Below are positions 26,353-40,154 of a DNA stretch of 64,000 bases, piece by piece (position 1 is the stretch's first letter; every line of letters starts with the position of its first letter). The position numbers were made by a program, and so were the translations under genes. Below the pieces are notes generated by a model, which made no database searches, was not told the origin of the DNA, and saw nothing but the letters and a program-made list of their open reading frames with translations. Source of the DNA: Paraphysomonas bandaiensis (lineage: Eukaryota > Protista > Chrysophyceae); NCBI GenBank assembly GCA_965644295.1, contig CBFFRP010000080.1, positions 392,431 to 456,430 of the forward strand, in the 5' to 3' direction.

Positions 26353-26624
26353 GTCATGTTGGATTCCATGAATTATTCTTGTAAGTATTAATATGAAACA
26401 TATATATTTAAACGCGGAATTGAGCCAAAATATATATGGACAGAAATTTCCATGGAATAGGGCATAGTACTCCTATGAGTTATACAGTACTCTTGAGCGA
26501 AAAGTATGACACAAATACGCCTTAAGTACTGTACGGACAATTATTATGACAACACAGGCTAGCTGCATCAACTAAATAATGATATACATGTCTACACAAT
26601 ACTACAATATTATACACCAATTAT

Positions 26625-28193
26625 TCAATGCAAGTCAAAGCTATTTCCCACACTAACTTGACGTTTCTTGTCATGAAAACCTTCCTCCCTCTCTAACTCA
26701 AGAGCATCCTTCTCAGCAAGATCATAGGTGTCCCCATCAACCCAGGGTAACCGCACCAACGCCTTATAAGCAAAAGTACCATACCTAGAATTGGCAGCAA
26801 TTATCAAAGCTTATAACTGGAAAAGAAGAAATACTGCTTACATGAGCACCATAAACCCGCCCAACTCCATATAGCTCCAGTTAGACCACTTCTCACCAAT
26901 GGCCTGTACAAAAAACACCACACAATCACTACTCCGTATATCGTGCACTTATATGTGTCACTTACATTAGACCCAAAGCAGTAAAACAGGAGAAGAGAAA
27001 CGACCCATACCCCCATAACTCTGCATGCCTCCAAGATGGAGCGAACAACAGCAGAAAGACACTGAGTGACAAAGTTTGCCGAAACATTGTAAAGAAGAAT
27101 CGTAACAAAGTATCCCAAAGTTAGCCAGCAGAGAACAGAAGAATTAGATAGCTGATTATCAACACGTTAGTATAAAGTGGTTAGTGATAGTTCATCAACA
27201 ACACAGTACCTGGACAAAGGTATCTTCAAAATCCTCATGCCACACAATTGATATTGCGAGTGGACTGCGGGGAGTGAAGGTCAAAATTGGAGCCAGTACA
27301 GCAAAGTATGCAACGCCCCACAGACCTTCCAGACCAACCAAAGCAACAGGGTCAAGAGTGGTATGCTTCATATACACTAGATTACAACAATTTCAATGAG
27401 TTTATTGCCAACCTAACCTTGTTGTTCATAAGACTTTCCTCGGCAATGAACTGCACGGCAGTCACAGCCTGGGCAAGGAGAATAAATCCAAGGCCCAATA
27501 TTACTTCACCACCTGATGACTCACTATCATCACTTTGTTGAATACCCGCTGTTCCCACCAAAATAACAGCCACGATGACCATCAATATTGCTACAATGAT
27601 AACAAAGGTCAGATTCTTTCTCGATAATATCACAGGTATAAGACAGAAATACACATAAGCAAATCCTTACCCCAATAATGAAAGCTTCTCAGTGTACGAC
27701 CAAGATACTTCACACTTAAAATGGCAGAGAAAATTACAACACTCCCTCTTGTCATTTGGTATATAGACGAATTTACATACAGAAGTCCAATGTTTCCCAA
27801 AATAGTATTAAGCAAATCTAAAGACGCCGGGAATGCGACAGCTTTCATAGTAGCCCAACTAGGATTAGGTGCATTAGGGTCATCCTTACCCCATCCAAAC
27901 CAGAAGTAAAGAGGTAAACAGAGCGTCATTGAAACTTTCATAACCAGAACAGAAAACCAGGGCTTGTCAAAGTCGCAAACTTTGTCGTCATCATCATTCA
28001 TGTCGCAGTATTGAGTTCCCTGGGCGCTTGTTTCAAACAAAGCCTTTGCAAAGAGTGTCGTGAAAGTACCAGAGAGAAGCATCAGCATAGCCCACATGAG
28101 TTTGAACGCTGCACTCTTCTCAGTGGATGATTTGGAGACTGATTTCTTGTCGCCTCGCAATAAACTATACTGCACTGCATCATCGTCATCCAT
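26625..28193 (-). CDS. SLC35F6-like nucleotide-sugar/DMT transporter (multi-exon)
   Basis: FDKPWFSVLVMKVSMTLCL; LGNIGLLYVNSSIYQMTRGSVVIFSAILS; AQAVTAVQFIAEE; VGLEGLWG; YNVSANFVTQCLSAVVRSILEACR. Confidence 0.88.
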
Positions 28194-28984
28194 TGCACGA
28201 TAAGTGAATAAGAACTACTGGGGAATCAGTACAAATACTATGAATTACTTGGCAAGTGAGTGCAATGCCTGTATCGAATAGGAATTGCAGTGTGCTTCTT
28301 GTGCAATTAGTACACAGAGAATCATGGCATGGAACTGGACACTGCAACATATGAATGGCTCCGTATTGTACACATATGGGCATCCCATCCGTACAGGTAT
28401 ACTGTGCTGTATACAGGTGCAGTATACGGGAGAGTGAGTGGCTTTGTATCGCCCACGGCAGTATATTCCAAATACCCGGATTATCATATTTATATATCTG
28501 GATATCTTAATATCCAGCAACCTGCGGGGGTACACATACAGTCCACCTCAGCACAGCACATGCATGAACACAATGAACACACATAGCAATGTGTGAGTAG
28601 CAGTTGGAGAATGAAGAGAGATCCGTGAGACGATGGGGTTACTTTATCAGGACTGCATCTCTTGTGGGTAATGATCCTACTGTGAAATAGGAGTACTGCT
28701 GGTCGTTACTCCACATGTGTCAACAGCAGTGAGCAGAGAGCAGTGAGTGCGTCGGATCTCATCGCTCATATCTTATGAGTGCTGTCAATGTATCTGTATG
28801 TGGTGTGTGTCTCAGTCTCATCCATAAGCAGCTGCCACATATGAATAGCTACGTGTGCGATCTGATATATTTGAACTCTGATCTCAGTGGCTTGTGATAT
28901 TATGTGTGGGTCTGTTTACTGATGTTGGTATATATATTTAGTAGCTGTTGAATGGTTGAGTGTGTATTGATCATTCGTACTTTG

Positions 28985-29468
28985 TATGAGTTAGCAATAG
29001 GCGTTAAAAACCTGCACCAACTTAGTAGCTAGATGACTGCTAGACAAACTAGTTAGACCTCTACCTGTAACTAATCAGTACACACTTTTATTATCCTACT
29101 ATTTAACGCTACGGAAGCTGCTTGTGCGTCGCCACAAGGACCCAGGTGAGACCACTTCCGCTCTGAGTTCTTAAGGTGAATATCCCGGATGCTTGACTTC
29201 AGGAGGCAGCCCAATACCCTTCAGGTGGGCCCTGTCCCAGTGGGCCCATTCCCGGATGCCTGTTTATTCGTCAGGGCCCAAAGACGTCTACATAAGTGAC
29301 ACTTATTGATGTCCCTTGTACCACACAAGCATTCGGCTATGAGTGGGCAGAAGAATATCTGCTGACTATGTTTGCGGCTCACGTTAGTTTCCAAGAGAGA
29401 ATCTCTCTGGTACTTATCCCCCAGAACACTACGAAAAGCGAAAAGGTGCGAGTCCGACTTTGTTGAGA
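28985..29468 (-). mobile_element. SINE-like non-autonomous retroelement
   Basis: Same head, body (gtctacataagtgacac...ggctatgagtgggcagaa) and LINE-type tail as the copies at 25823 and 45100. No TSD recognised. Confidence 0.7.
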
Positions 29469-29896
29469 GCCACTCTGTAGTTCTGGAGCAATGTCCCATC
29501 ACGTATCCCGTTATCATACTGGTTTTCTCATCTTATTCACATGCAGTGATGAGGTATTTCTCTAACAACTACATAATATCACTTGGTATTCAGTATTCAG
29601 GTAGTTGTAAATTAGTTACAAGGAAACATTAGTAGTTGTACACGCAGTCAGTATGGAAGTCAGCGTCGGCAAATAAATATTTGCTGAACAAAAGAGTCCG
29701 CACCACACTGAACCTTAAAGGATTACAGATTATGCTCCATCACAATTTAATCAAGTATTGAACTTAAAGCCAAAAACAGAGCAATTAAAAAAATCTGCAT
29801 CTAACTACTCATCCTAATGCCGTAACATCAACAAAAACCACCCTACACAGCAACGACATTTTGACTTTTATAGCGACATGCACACTTCATATTCCA

Positions 29897-32800
29897 TTAA
29901 ACATCCTCAGCAACCTCATCTATCGTCTCTGCGATAACGAACCCTTCCATAACGGCAGCAACAGGCTTCTTATCCACGCTAGCCATCTCAGCGCGGTCCC
30001 TATAACCTAGCAGCACTGGGGTAGTGTGGGTCTACACAAGCACACATAAAATATTAGTACACAATATAAACAATACACGCATGCAACTATTGCACACCAT
30101 GCCGCAGTATCACAGCATAAGAGGGCGGAATAAATACCTGAAATCCTGTGATAGTCCTTGGTCTCCCCGCCTGTCCGACGGTTTCCACCGCTTGACCAAC
30201 ACGAACAGTGCATTTACTTAACTCCAACTGATCGTTGAGAGTGGCCATAAATCGCGGATTCATAGATGGTGTCAGGAAATAGAGAATATAGTGGAATTGA
30301 TCTAAAAGGGTGCCTTGCATATCCACGCAAGCGTGCAATATTGTCAAAATACCGGCCACTGAAGCCCCATTCATGAGCAACCTAAGCACAATATCAGCGC
30401 GGTATAATGCAGTGAAATATGAAATAGATGGACTGTCCATGACACTGTACTGTTCAGTTCAGCATATTACATATACCGTTCGATATCATATGATAACACG
30501 ACACATCACCTGTCAGAATGAAATGGACTCAAAGTGAGTAGACCTTTACCCATGGCATTGAGCCCCTGAGCCAGTCTCACAATGAAAAGATGGTTCGCCT
30601 CTTTTGAGTAAAATTCTGAGAGCTGACGTAGCAGACCTGCCACTCTGGAGTTGTTAGAGCCCGCTGACACCAGTCCTACATTATTGACACATCAGCAGTG
30701 AAATATCAAAACATGGAGAGAACAGAACATTCACAGCGACTTGTGAATATATATTCTAGATGTATGACGTCATTCACATGTGGTACCTAAGCTGAAAATG
30801 GCACTTTGAGCAACTTGTGCATCTCCATCATGACTCAACCTCGAGAGCTGGTCAATGACAGAATAATCGGGATTAGAAATGTACAGCAGTGCAAGAGCGA
30901 GCGGAACAACGCGTTTTACAGCTATGCCACCGTAGTGCAACAAGTGATCAAAAGTTCGTAAACACATATCGGTTCCGATGTCTTCGCCTATAGTCATCAA
31001 CGCAATACCTATTACCGCTACAGATTGGTGATCTGTGGTTTCTGATTGGTGTTCAGCACATACGTGAAGCATGCGCTGTATCATGAGAACGTTGCCAGTT
31101 CCTGCATATGCGCAGGTCTCAAGCGTGATATCGGCATACTTTCCCATTTTATGCTCAACTGTGCGAACAGCCTCAATCGTGGCTTCACATCGCTCATTCT
31201 TGCCTAAATACAGTAGCCCTAATCCCAGACAGAGAAATCTAGCGGTGGTATGGTTCAGTTCATCATCAGAAGCTTCCATGAGTCTCTGCACTATGACCCC
31301 TGCTATTTCGTCATCACACGTCCCTACGAACACCATACCAAGCGAGAGAGCAGCCAGAGAAACCTCAGTAATGCTACAGTCCTCTGTAGCTGCTACTATA
31401 GGGATTAAAAGTTCTTGAACCTCCATGCGTCGGGCTGAAGCATAAGCGATACCAAGGCCACATATTGCGGCGCATTTAATGCAGCTCGAGGAACTGTCCA
31501 GATACTCTGACAATAAGGCCATAGCTGGGTCTGCATCATTTCTTACACCACTTGACACAATACCAATGGCCAAACAAGCCCCAGCTTTGATGTAATCTAC
31601 ATGATTATGAAAAAATTTATCTATTTCATTGAGACCACTGTCCACATTCCACAATAGGAGCATACCCAAGGAGGCGGCAGCAGATGTCATGCCGTGGCTT
31701 TTGTTCTTATACACCCATGAATTCTCAACGGTCATCAACTTATCTGTACAATGACCAGCGTTAACAAAGGCATTTACAAACGATGATGCCAGGTTGGCCC
31801 GGGCAGAGTCCACTGGCGCGGAACTGGTGTTCCTCGAACGAGGGTTAGGGTTTCCCTCTGCTAGGTGAGTCTTGTAGATGTCTTCAGGTGTCTTAGGTTC
31901 AATAACATCCAGATCACGCGCTACAGCTTGAAAATATTCATGTAGCCGGACATTTCCAATAAGCTCGTTGAGTTCCTCATCTTCGCACTCAAAATTCGAC
32001 CGCGACCGTGCCAATATGAAAGCCATTTGCTTTTTAACAATATCTGTCGCCCCTGAATCATCGTTAAAAAGATCCTCAACCTTAAACATGTCGTCCATCT
32101 TAATGGCCACACGTAAAGCATCAGTGAATTTATTTTGTTGCTTATAGAGGGTGTATGCGGTATTAAACAGTTCTGACAGATCGTCTGGGTCCGCCATATA
32201 GTCCGCACAACGCAGCAGGTACAAGCAGACGCGTTCATAATTTCTTTCGTCCACGATATCCGCTTCAACTAACTTAGAAAGCTGCTGTACCTCTAGTAGC
32301 AGATCCACCGCTTCAGCCTCTGCATTGTGATGCATCTGAAAAGGGACTATATCGTCCACAAGACACATGAGATCATCCATGTCCGGATCTTCGCCTGCAT
32401 ACCACCATGAAAACGAAATATACGGGGAATAACATACAAAAACACCACGAACTAATATCTAAATAAGCTACCAAGCAAAATAGTTTCATACCAGTAGAAT
32501 TCTCTACAAGTCGTCTGTTGTATTCTTCCGATATCTCTCCAGATAAACTTCGTACGTACTCATGGCCCCAGGAAGAAATTTCAACACTTGTGCCCTCTAA
32601 TTTAAACTTCAGACACTCGTGAGACCCAGGTTCCGCCATCGTCATTGCAAGAACAGAGAGCATATCCGCCATGGTCTGTTTCATGTCATGAGCCACATGC
32701 CAAGCCTCATACACCTTTTTTAAATCGTCATAAAAAGGCCGCAGCATCTTGAGCGGTTTCGGCACAGATGTCATAGAGGCTGTGGAGGTCTTGATCTCAT

Positions 32801-32999
32801 TGCAGAGGTACTGCAATGCCTGCTCATGCAGAGAAGTATCTGGCTCCTGTAGACGGGTTACAGCTAGTTCCAGACCATCCTTTAGAGCCTGATCCTCCTC
32901 TGACAGCTCCAACACTACACTTGCCTTAGACTTATCTTTATCGCCGTCTGCAGGTTTATCTGTGCTGGCGGACTCTTTGGTAGAATCTTGGGACGGCAT
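29897..32999 (-). CDS. RPN1: 26S proteasome regulatory subunit RPN1/PSMD2 (multi-exon)
   Basis: TASMTSVPKPLKMLRP; SWGHEYVRSLSGEI; HNAEAEAVDLLLEV; DSARANLASSFVNAFVNAG; VRVGQAVETVGQAGRPRTITGFQ. ATG at 32999; stop at 29897. Confidence 0.96.
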
Positions 33000-33120
33000 T
33001 GTGGTGATTGTTATGCGCGAGTAGTCTAATGTGAGGCAAAGCACCGAATCACCATAAGAAATACTACAATACACTTCACACAGAACCATACTGCAATATA
33101 AGCTACACACTACACCCTCC

Positions 33121-33630
33121 TACATACATATACATACATACATACATTCATACATACATACATACATACATACATACATACATACATACATACATACATA
33201 CATACATACATACATACATACATACATACATACATACATACATACATACATACATACATACATACATACATACATACATACATACATACATACATACATA
33301 CATACATACATACATACATACATACATACATACATACATACATACATACATACATACATACATACATACATACATACATACATACATACATACATACATA
33401 CATACATACATACATACATACATACATACATACATACATACATACATACATACATACATACATACATACATACATACATACATACATACATACATACATA
33501 CATACATACATACATACATACATACATACATACATACATACATACATACATACATACATACATACATACATACATACATACATACATACATACATACATA
33601 CATACATACATACATACATACATACATACA
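33121..33630. repeat. Near-perfect (TACA)n microsatellite, ~510 bp
   Basis: Directly visible. Confidence 0.99.
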
Positions 33631-33792
33631 CACGCAATATATCTACCAGTGGTATGTGTAATGGGTGGAGGATGTGATGTTCCCATTTGTCTCATCACAA
33701 TCCAGTAACCTTCTCCTCTCTCAACCATCTGATGAGGGCACCATATAGTTAGTCCGACCTCATTATTATCTGGTATGGTTGTGTATGTATAG

Positions 33793-36207
33793 TATGGTCG
33801 CTATGCGGTGCGACAATCTTTATATGTTTCTGGGCTATGTGGTGGTGTCGTCCCTCACCTGTTTCCTGCCCTACTTACTCGGGTTCGAGCCAGTGGACAC
33901 AGATGTCTCTACGGTAGGTTATAACGACGCCATGAAAACTGTGATAGTTGCGCTGTCGTGCTGTTTTCCCATAATACTGGACACGTTAATGGACTCGAAG
34001 CACCCTGATACTGTCATGCTCCCTCGCTGGACCCATCTATTGACCTTGATTATACCCAATGGAATGCTATATTGTCTTCCGCCGTCTCCTGTGTTGCTGG
34101 TGGGATGTTCGTTTGCACGGGAATTATTATTCCGAGGAGCGCTGATGAGCCATATGTTCAACGACCCCGAATTTTTCACTGCACACAATCAGCGAATATT
34201 CGGTATAGTCATTGTAGTATTTTCCCTTGACCTAAATTTGAGAGCATGGTATACCACATTACACAGTGTAATCCCTCGATACATTTTCAGGTTAGCTACT
34301 GGACTGGTGGGGTTTTCACTCCTACTGGTGCTACATGTTGTCATAAAGAAGGTAGCGTCGATGTACGAGCAATCTGAGAAGCCCTCTAAGTCAACAACGA
34401 AAGGAATGCTGGGCCATAAAAAGTACTGTCATTACTACTCTGTGCTACTTATGGTCAGCTTGGTCGCAAAAGTTGTCATACGATACGCGGTATTGCGCAA
34501 TTCTTTTGCCACTATAAACGATGGATACTCACTCTACGGCCCGCAGAATTTATGTGACGTGTTTTTCAGTGTCGTGGCAGCATTGATACCTCTTCATGTA
34601 CTGCGCCATGATAAAGCCATTGCTGAGGAATATTCACAGAAAGTTCATTCGGTGAAGGCAAGTTTTCTGTCATACGTGTACCGTGAAATGCGATGTGCTT
34701 TACACACGTTGCAACACATCGTCAGTCAATCTATTCATACGAATACACCAACTGATGGAGCTCCCACGGAAATGTCTTGGGATGAGTTTTATGGAATTTG
34801 TGCACTCAGTAACAGTCTTCTTGACGAAGTACTTTTACTGGACGATGTTTTTTCCGGAAGCGTAAAGTACACCAAAGAAACTATTAAGATCAAGGATATA
34901 TTACACAGTGCTGCACAGCCACTGAAGCTGAAGGTGATGAACTGTTGTTTTGATATATATATGTATGAGGCTCTATATGTAGCCAATTGATATGTATCAA
35001 TATAGTTGCATGTCACTATTGCAATACATAAACCTGATGTGTAGGCCAAACAAGCTGACGTAAAGCTTTCACTCGACAGTACGAATATGCGACCAGCTGC
35101 AGATACGGACCAACTACTAGTACATGTCGATGTCTTTTCTCTCACAATATCGTTGAGAACGTTACTGGAATATTCTATCGTTCACAGCTCGACTGGATGC
35201 GTTGTAAATGTGTGTCTATCACAAATGATTAAGTCAACTCATGATAGCACTTCTGGTGTCAATAAAAGCCACTCCGATCCCGCCCCACTTAACATGGTAT
35301 GCATCGATATTGTTTTCAACAGTGACAAACAGGTAAGGTTTACAGTACTTCTTGCTACGTACTGATTGTTAAGTGGACCACGATCGAATCATTTAGATGT
35401 GTGAGCCCTGTTTGTCAATTGAGGATCACATTTACGCTCTAGACAAGGATTGCACGACGGGAATTGGGCTCTCAGGTGCACACTGTCATCAAATGTGTAT
35501 ATGCTTATATCTTTAAAATCGTAATACAATTTAAATATTTCGGTATGTATTGGTAACGAATCGTGTTTGTAGCTGTGTCGCAGATTGTGGAGCGCCACCG
35601 AGGCATGTTTTCAGCCACTGATGTCCCCACTCCACGCTTCCAGGTTCTGTTGCCATGTACTGGTGCTGTACTGTCAAACCATTTGCCTCAGTCTTCTGAG
35701 ATTACTCAGGACGAGGATGTTCGTCGAAATACCGGTCGTATCGCCGCTCAGATTGGGAACCTGGCCGAGGCCGACAGTGTCAATCTCGAGCCTTCTACTG
35801 TTGCCCTTTCCGCTGTGAATTTTCCGTGTGTTATGATTGTGTCACCCGAAAATAGTCCTGACGCATCTGTTATTCGAGAAACTTTGTGCGGCTATGTCGA
35901 TGTCATCAAACAAGTTCATTCTGAGTCTCAGATAATTGAGTACATCAATAACCACTGCACTTGGAGCAAAAGGATTTCCATTATATTTCTTATCCGTAGC
36001 GTGTCTAATAAAAAGCCTCATGTTTTAGCCTTGAAATGGCGTAAAATGGGATATGATGGCGTGATTGTGTTAATATCAGATTTAAATTATCCTGACTCCA
36101 ATGAACGTTTTTTGGCTTATGGAGGGGATGCTGTATTACTCTGTCCTATCACTGGGGATCGATTAGTTCGGAGAGTGGATGTTGAGGAAGTTCTTTTAGG
36201 TATGTAG
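33793..36207 (+). CDS. Multi-pass membrane hybrid histidine-kinase-like protein with degenerate catalytic motifs (multi-exon)
   Basis: About 7 hydrophobic segments, then HisKA-like KASFLSYVYREMRCALHTL...NSLLDEVLLLD, HATPase-like VDVFSLTISLRTLLEYSIVHS...VSQIVERHRGMF, and receiver-like RKMGYDGVIVLISD...FLAYGGDAVLLCPI. Confidence 0.65.
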
Positions 36208-37544
36208 TGATAGGCTTAATATACTCGTTGCTCATAGTTTTTGTGATATGGACGAATGTGTCATCCATATTTACACTTTTAGTAATTGCTATTTATGTAG
36301 ATGCCTATAGCTTGACTACACTATCAAATTCGCCCCTCCCAGTCAAGTGGAAGAAATGTAGCGTTCAAGCGAATGAATCAGCTACCATTAACAGAAGTGT
36401 CATTGTCCCTGACACCTGTGAAACTGGAGTTTAGCTGTTACCAGTTTTATTCTTATGCAGATTCTTTGTTCAGTCCGAAAGAACCTCTGGATATATATGA
36501 GGCCTTAATTGTGCACGGCACGTAGACTGATTGTCATTCACAATCTGCTGACGATTTATAGCATGTGGTTCAGTGTGTATCGCTGCCCATTTAAGTGTTT
36601 ATCCACTACATCTTTAATATATTTGCGTACTGCCGTTAGTGTGACGTGTTGGTGCAATTTTTATATCTATTATCTGTTCTGGATTATTGTGTTGCGTGTT
36701 TTGTCATTACGAACTGCAGAACTGGTAGCTAGTGCAGTTCATACGTGTTGAACGTCCCCGCTTAGGGACATTCAACACAATTGAAAAAGTCGAATCATTG
36801 ATTCCCGACTAATATATAACTATATCATTGATTCCCGACTTATATATTAAATCATTGACAGGATTTTCATATTATACTATAACAAGGGTTTATTATGCTG
36901 CTTTAGTTTCCCCTTTATCACATTGCTCGGTGAGCATGAGGTTATAACTAATTATAAATTTCAATTTATTTCTTTACTTCTAAAATTCTCGAAATGCGTT
37001 ATGTTTATAATTACACTGTAAATGACTATCACATGTATTATTAATTTACGCTTTTAGTTAGTGCAATATTGACTGATTGATATTATAGGAGATATAGCAA
37101 GTTTTATGATGTTGTAGCACTGTGAGTTAGGAACCACGTCATTCACCAACATCTACATTCTGTTCTACAAATCATATCTTTAACAGCTACTATATTTTCA
37201 GTTTCTTTGTATACTTGTAATAGCTACTCCTATACTGTAGTCATGTATATTCTGTATTTCATTGCTACATAGAATACAGGATAACTACTAGCGATTGGCT
37301 TTACCAAACTTCAAGTACGCACGTAGGAGTTGGTTGTAGTTCAATACGTATCAATAAAATCACGCAAAGCCTAGATCTCAAGAAGTACCTCGAGTTGCCA
37401 TTGAGTAAGAGCAAGTTAGAAAATAAAACATAGCCTCACGAATTGGGATTTGAATTAATATGTAACTGCAATAAATATTATATATGTAATAGTAATATAG
37501 TAACTGGCATATTGTATGCCGAACATCCCAACACTATGTTATAC

Positions 37545-39869
37545 CAGGGCCAGTTCCCGCGTTCCCGGTAATTATAACGGCCATTAATATCAAATTAGAT
37601 AATACTGCTCGTAATGGATCTTCTTTATGAGCAGTCATAAAGAAGCATTTTGTGATGCTTCTTTAATTACAAATTTAGTGTATTAACAGACTACAAATCG
37701 TAAGTACTTCTCGCTCTCCACTGGCACATCAGGATCTTCGTGCAGGGCTTCTTGCATCAGCATTCCACAACATGTAATTGGCTCGTAGGAATAGCAAAGA
37801 TTCTAGGCGATATGGATTCATGTTTCTACGCTCAGGTATCATAATCAACATTGCACGACTACAGACCCTCGATACGAAGCAAGCAGCGGTGGCAGGACTC
37901 ATAGGTACCAAGACGAGCTCTCTTGGTGACCTCGGCGCTGTCCAGAACACCCTGTGCAAAATCAGTTCCTGCACTTTTGTCGTATATGAGAGCAAACTGG
38001 AATTCTTACAATTCTTTAGATCTTTCATCAAGGAATGCCGGTTTACTCGCACAGGAAACAAACATAAAACCCGAACGAAGAAAAAGATAACGACTTCACT
38101 CGGAAGACGACTCTGTAAATTAAACTGCCATCAAATTTGTTTTGGCCATCATATATGATGGTATAATTACAAAATATAATTATTTTGCTAAGTTGTGTAC
38201 TGGCTTCTTTCAACTTTTTGGAGAAAAGAATATTTTTATGAATGTTTTTTAGAGGTTACATGTGCATATTTTTAATGCTTTTGTAGAGTTTTTGAGTATG
38301 AGGACGTGGTTATATGTTGTTGATCAGGAATCTATATTCTACTTTTTATACCATTAAGTTTGCCGCTGAAAATGAATATATAGTTGCCATATTATATATT
38401 ATATACATAATAATTAAAGTCTTATTATCAGCAGTAGGCATTAAGAACCAACACCAGATCGACCTCTATCAGTAACTAACTAGCACAAATGCTCATATCA
38501 TACTATTTAACGCTTCAGAAGCTGCTTGTGTGTCGCCGCAAGCACCAAGGTGCAACCACTTCCGTTCTTGTGTGTGAGGGAGAAGCTCTCTGCGAACGTC
38601 AGTCCAGGAGGACGCCCCTTGGAATAGGGCTCCTCAGGATCAGTAAGTCAAGTGTTCTTAACCAAAGATACATGGGCGAGGGGATATGGTGGGGCTCCTG
38701 CGTGTCTTTGGATGGATTTAGCTGTAAGTTGGGCCTGGAGTAGAGGAGTAGCTGACGGAGTCGGCATCGCGGCAACTCTGCTGAGGCGGGGGTAGTGAAA
38801 GAGGAAGACGACCGGAGGGGCACTATAGGTTCCCGCTCTACACGTAGTAAGCGTAGAATCTGTGGCTTCCGCTGAGTGCTGCTTGTTTTAAATCGTGTAT
38901 TGCTATATTTAGGGTGCGAGCTGGGGGAAAACTACCGACTCCACCTTGCGATGCTGCTTATGCTGCTTCGTGTGTGTCCAAGTCGCTGACGCTGTCTAGA
39001 GGGGAGTCGTTGTGGCCCCTTCGGGTTGACAGCATAACGCTCACTACGATCTTAAAACATTAGTTTGGCTGCTGCATAGAGCGGTTGAAGGAGGGTAACA
39101 ACTGCTGTTTCAATGACACGTAGTCCACGCGTATTGAGGGAGAAATTGCACTGTGTTCCGAAAACGCATTCCATTTGAGCTTCAGTGAGTTTGGACTCGA
39201 TTTGAACAGAGCCAGATGCTCTGATTGTGACTTTCGGCTTTACTCTCTCAATCACATGTGTCTTGATTTCCCAAACGTCACCTCTCAGATACGAGAATCC
39301 GCCTTCCAGAGACACAAGGAGTGTCTGCGAAAACTCCTAATTGATCCGACCCTCCCATCTTGGATTTCGGCCATTCTCGAAGAGCCTAGAGTACCTCACT
39401 TCTTCCGATTGAATGATTCTGGACAGGAACTTGTTTTAGCCCTATTCCTGCCATTGCTGTAGGATTAGTCCCATGTCAGGGCTGTGTTGAGTATGCGTTG
39501 TCTCAGTTGTATACTGTCCTTGACCTTGTATCTGCCACAGCCAGCGAGGGCCAGTTCTTGCGTAAGTAGGGCGCCACTATCCTTCCAGTATCCAGGAGCA
39601 CGATCTAGATTATTACCGTAGAGTTGGCCACGGAGCGCAGTATAATTCTCTAAAGTCCACACAGTAGCTGTAGATTTGCATGAACATTGTTTAACATTGT
39701 TTATATTTCACTTAGTTCTATATATAGCATATATCAAGTACCAGTACATTCTATTAATTTGATGTTATTAATGGTAATCCAGTTCCCGGCAATTATAATG
39801 GCATTAATGAAAAATGTCCCGGCAATTATAATGGCATTTCTATTAACGAATACCAGTTACCAGGCCCTG
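37545..39869 (-). mobile_element. Degenerate hAT DNA transposon with transposase C-terminal remnant, hosting a LINE fragment
   Basis: Ends cagggcc.../...ccaggccctg; subterminal cccggcaattataatggc repeats; flanks tgttatac/ttttatac. Remnant 37729-38061 (SRVCSRAMLIMIPERRNMNPYRLESLLFLRANYMLW) resembles the hAT dimerisation domain. Confidence 0.72.
38410..39680 (-). mobile_element. Longest non-LTR retrotransposon remnant in the window (frameshifted ORF C-terminus + 3' tail)
   Basis: Broken minus-strand frames (MWTLENYTALRGQLY..., ...GLRVIETAVVTLLQPLYAAAKLMF) are homologous to the 5385-6141 copy. Shared tail at ~38430-38570. Confidence 0.65.
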
Positions 39870-40154
39870 TTTTATACTGCATTACATATTATGTGTACAG
39901 TTGTATAAGGTATCGAGTATTAATCTATCAACTTCAAGAACTACAGTGTGCGCAAGAAGCTAGAGTTGCAAATTATTTACATTTCATTCTATCAGGTAGT
40001 TATGCAGTCATGTAGGCGAAGTGAGAACAGCATTTGTTGTTGTCATATTTTAACTCAACCGCATATATTTCAAATAAAAGGATAACTATAACCATATATA
40101 CACAACTATGACAGCTATTATAGAGTGATAACGATGTATACTCAGAGCTGGGGA

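Noticed and set aside
29360-29425. Canonical hammerhead ribozyme in the SINE head
   Set aside because: GAAAC...GUC is present but CUGAnGA is replaced by GGGAUAAG and stem I is not evident. Kept only as a hypothesis.
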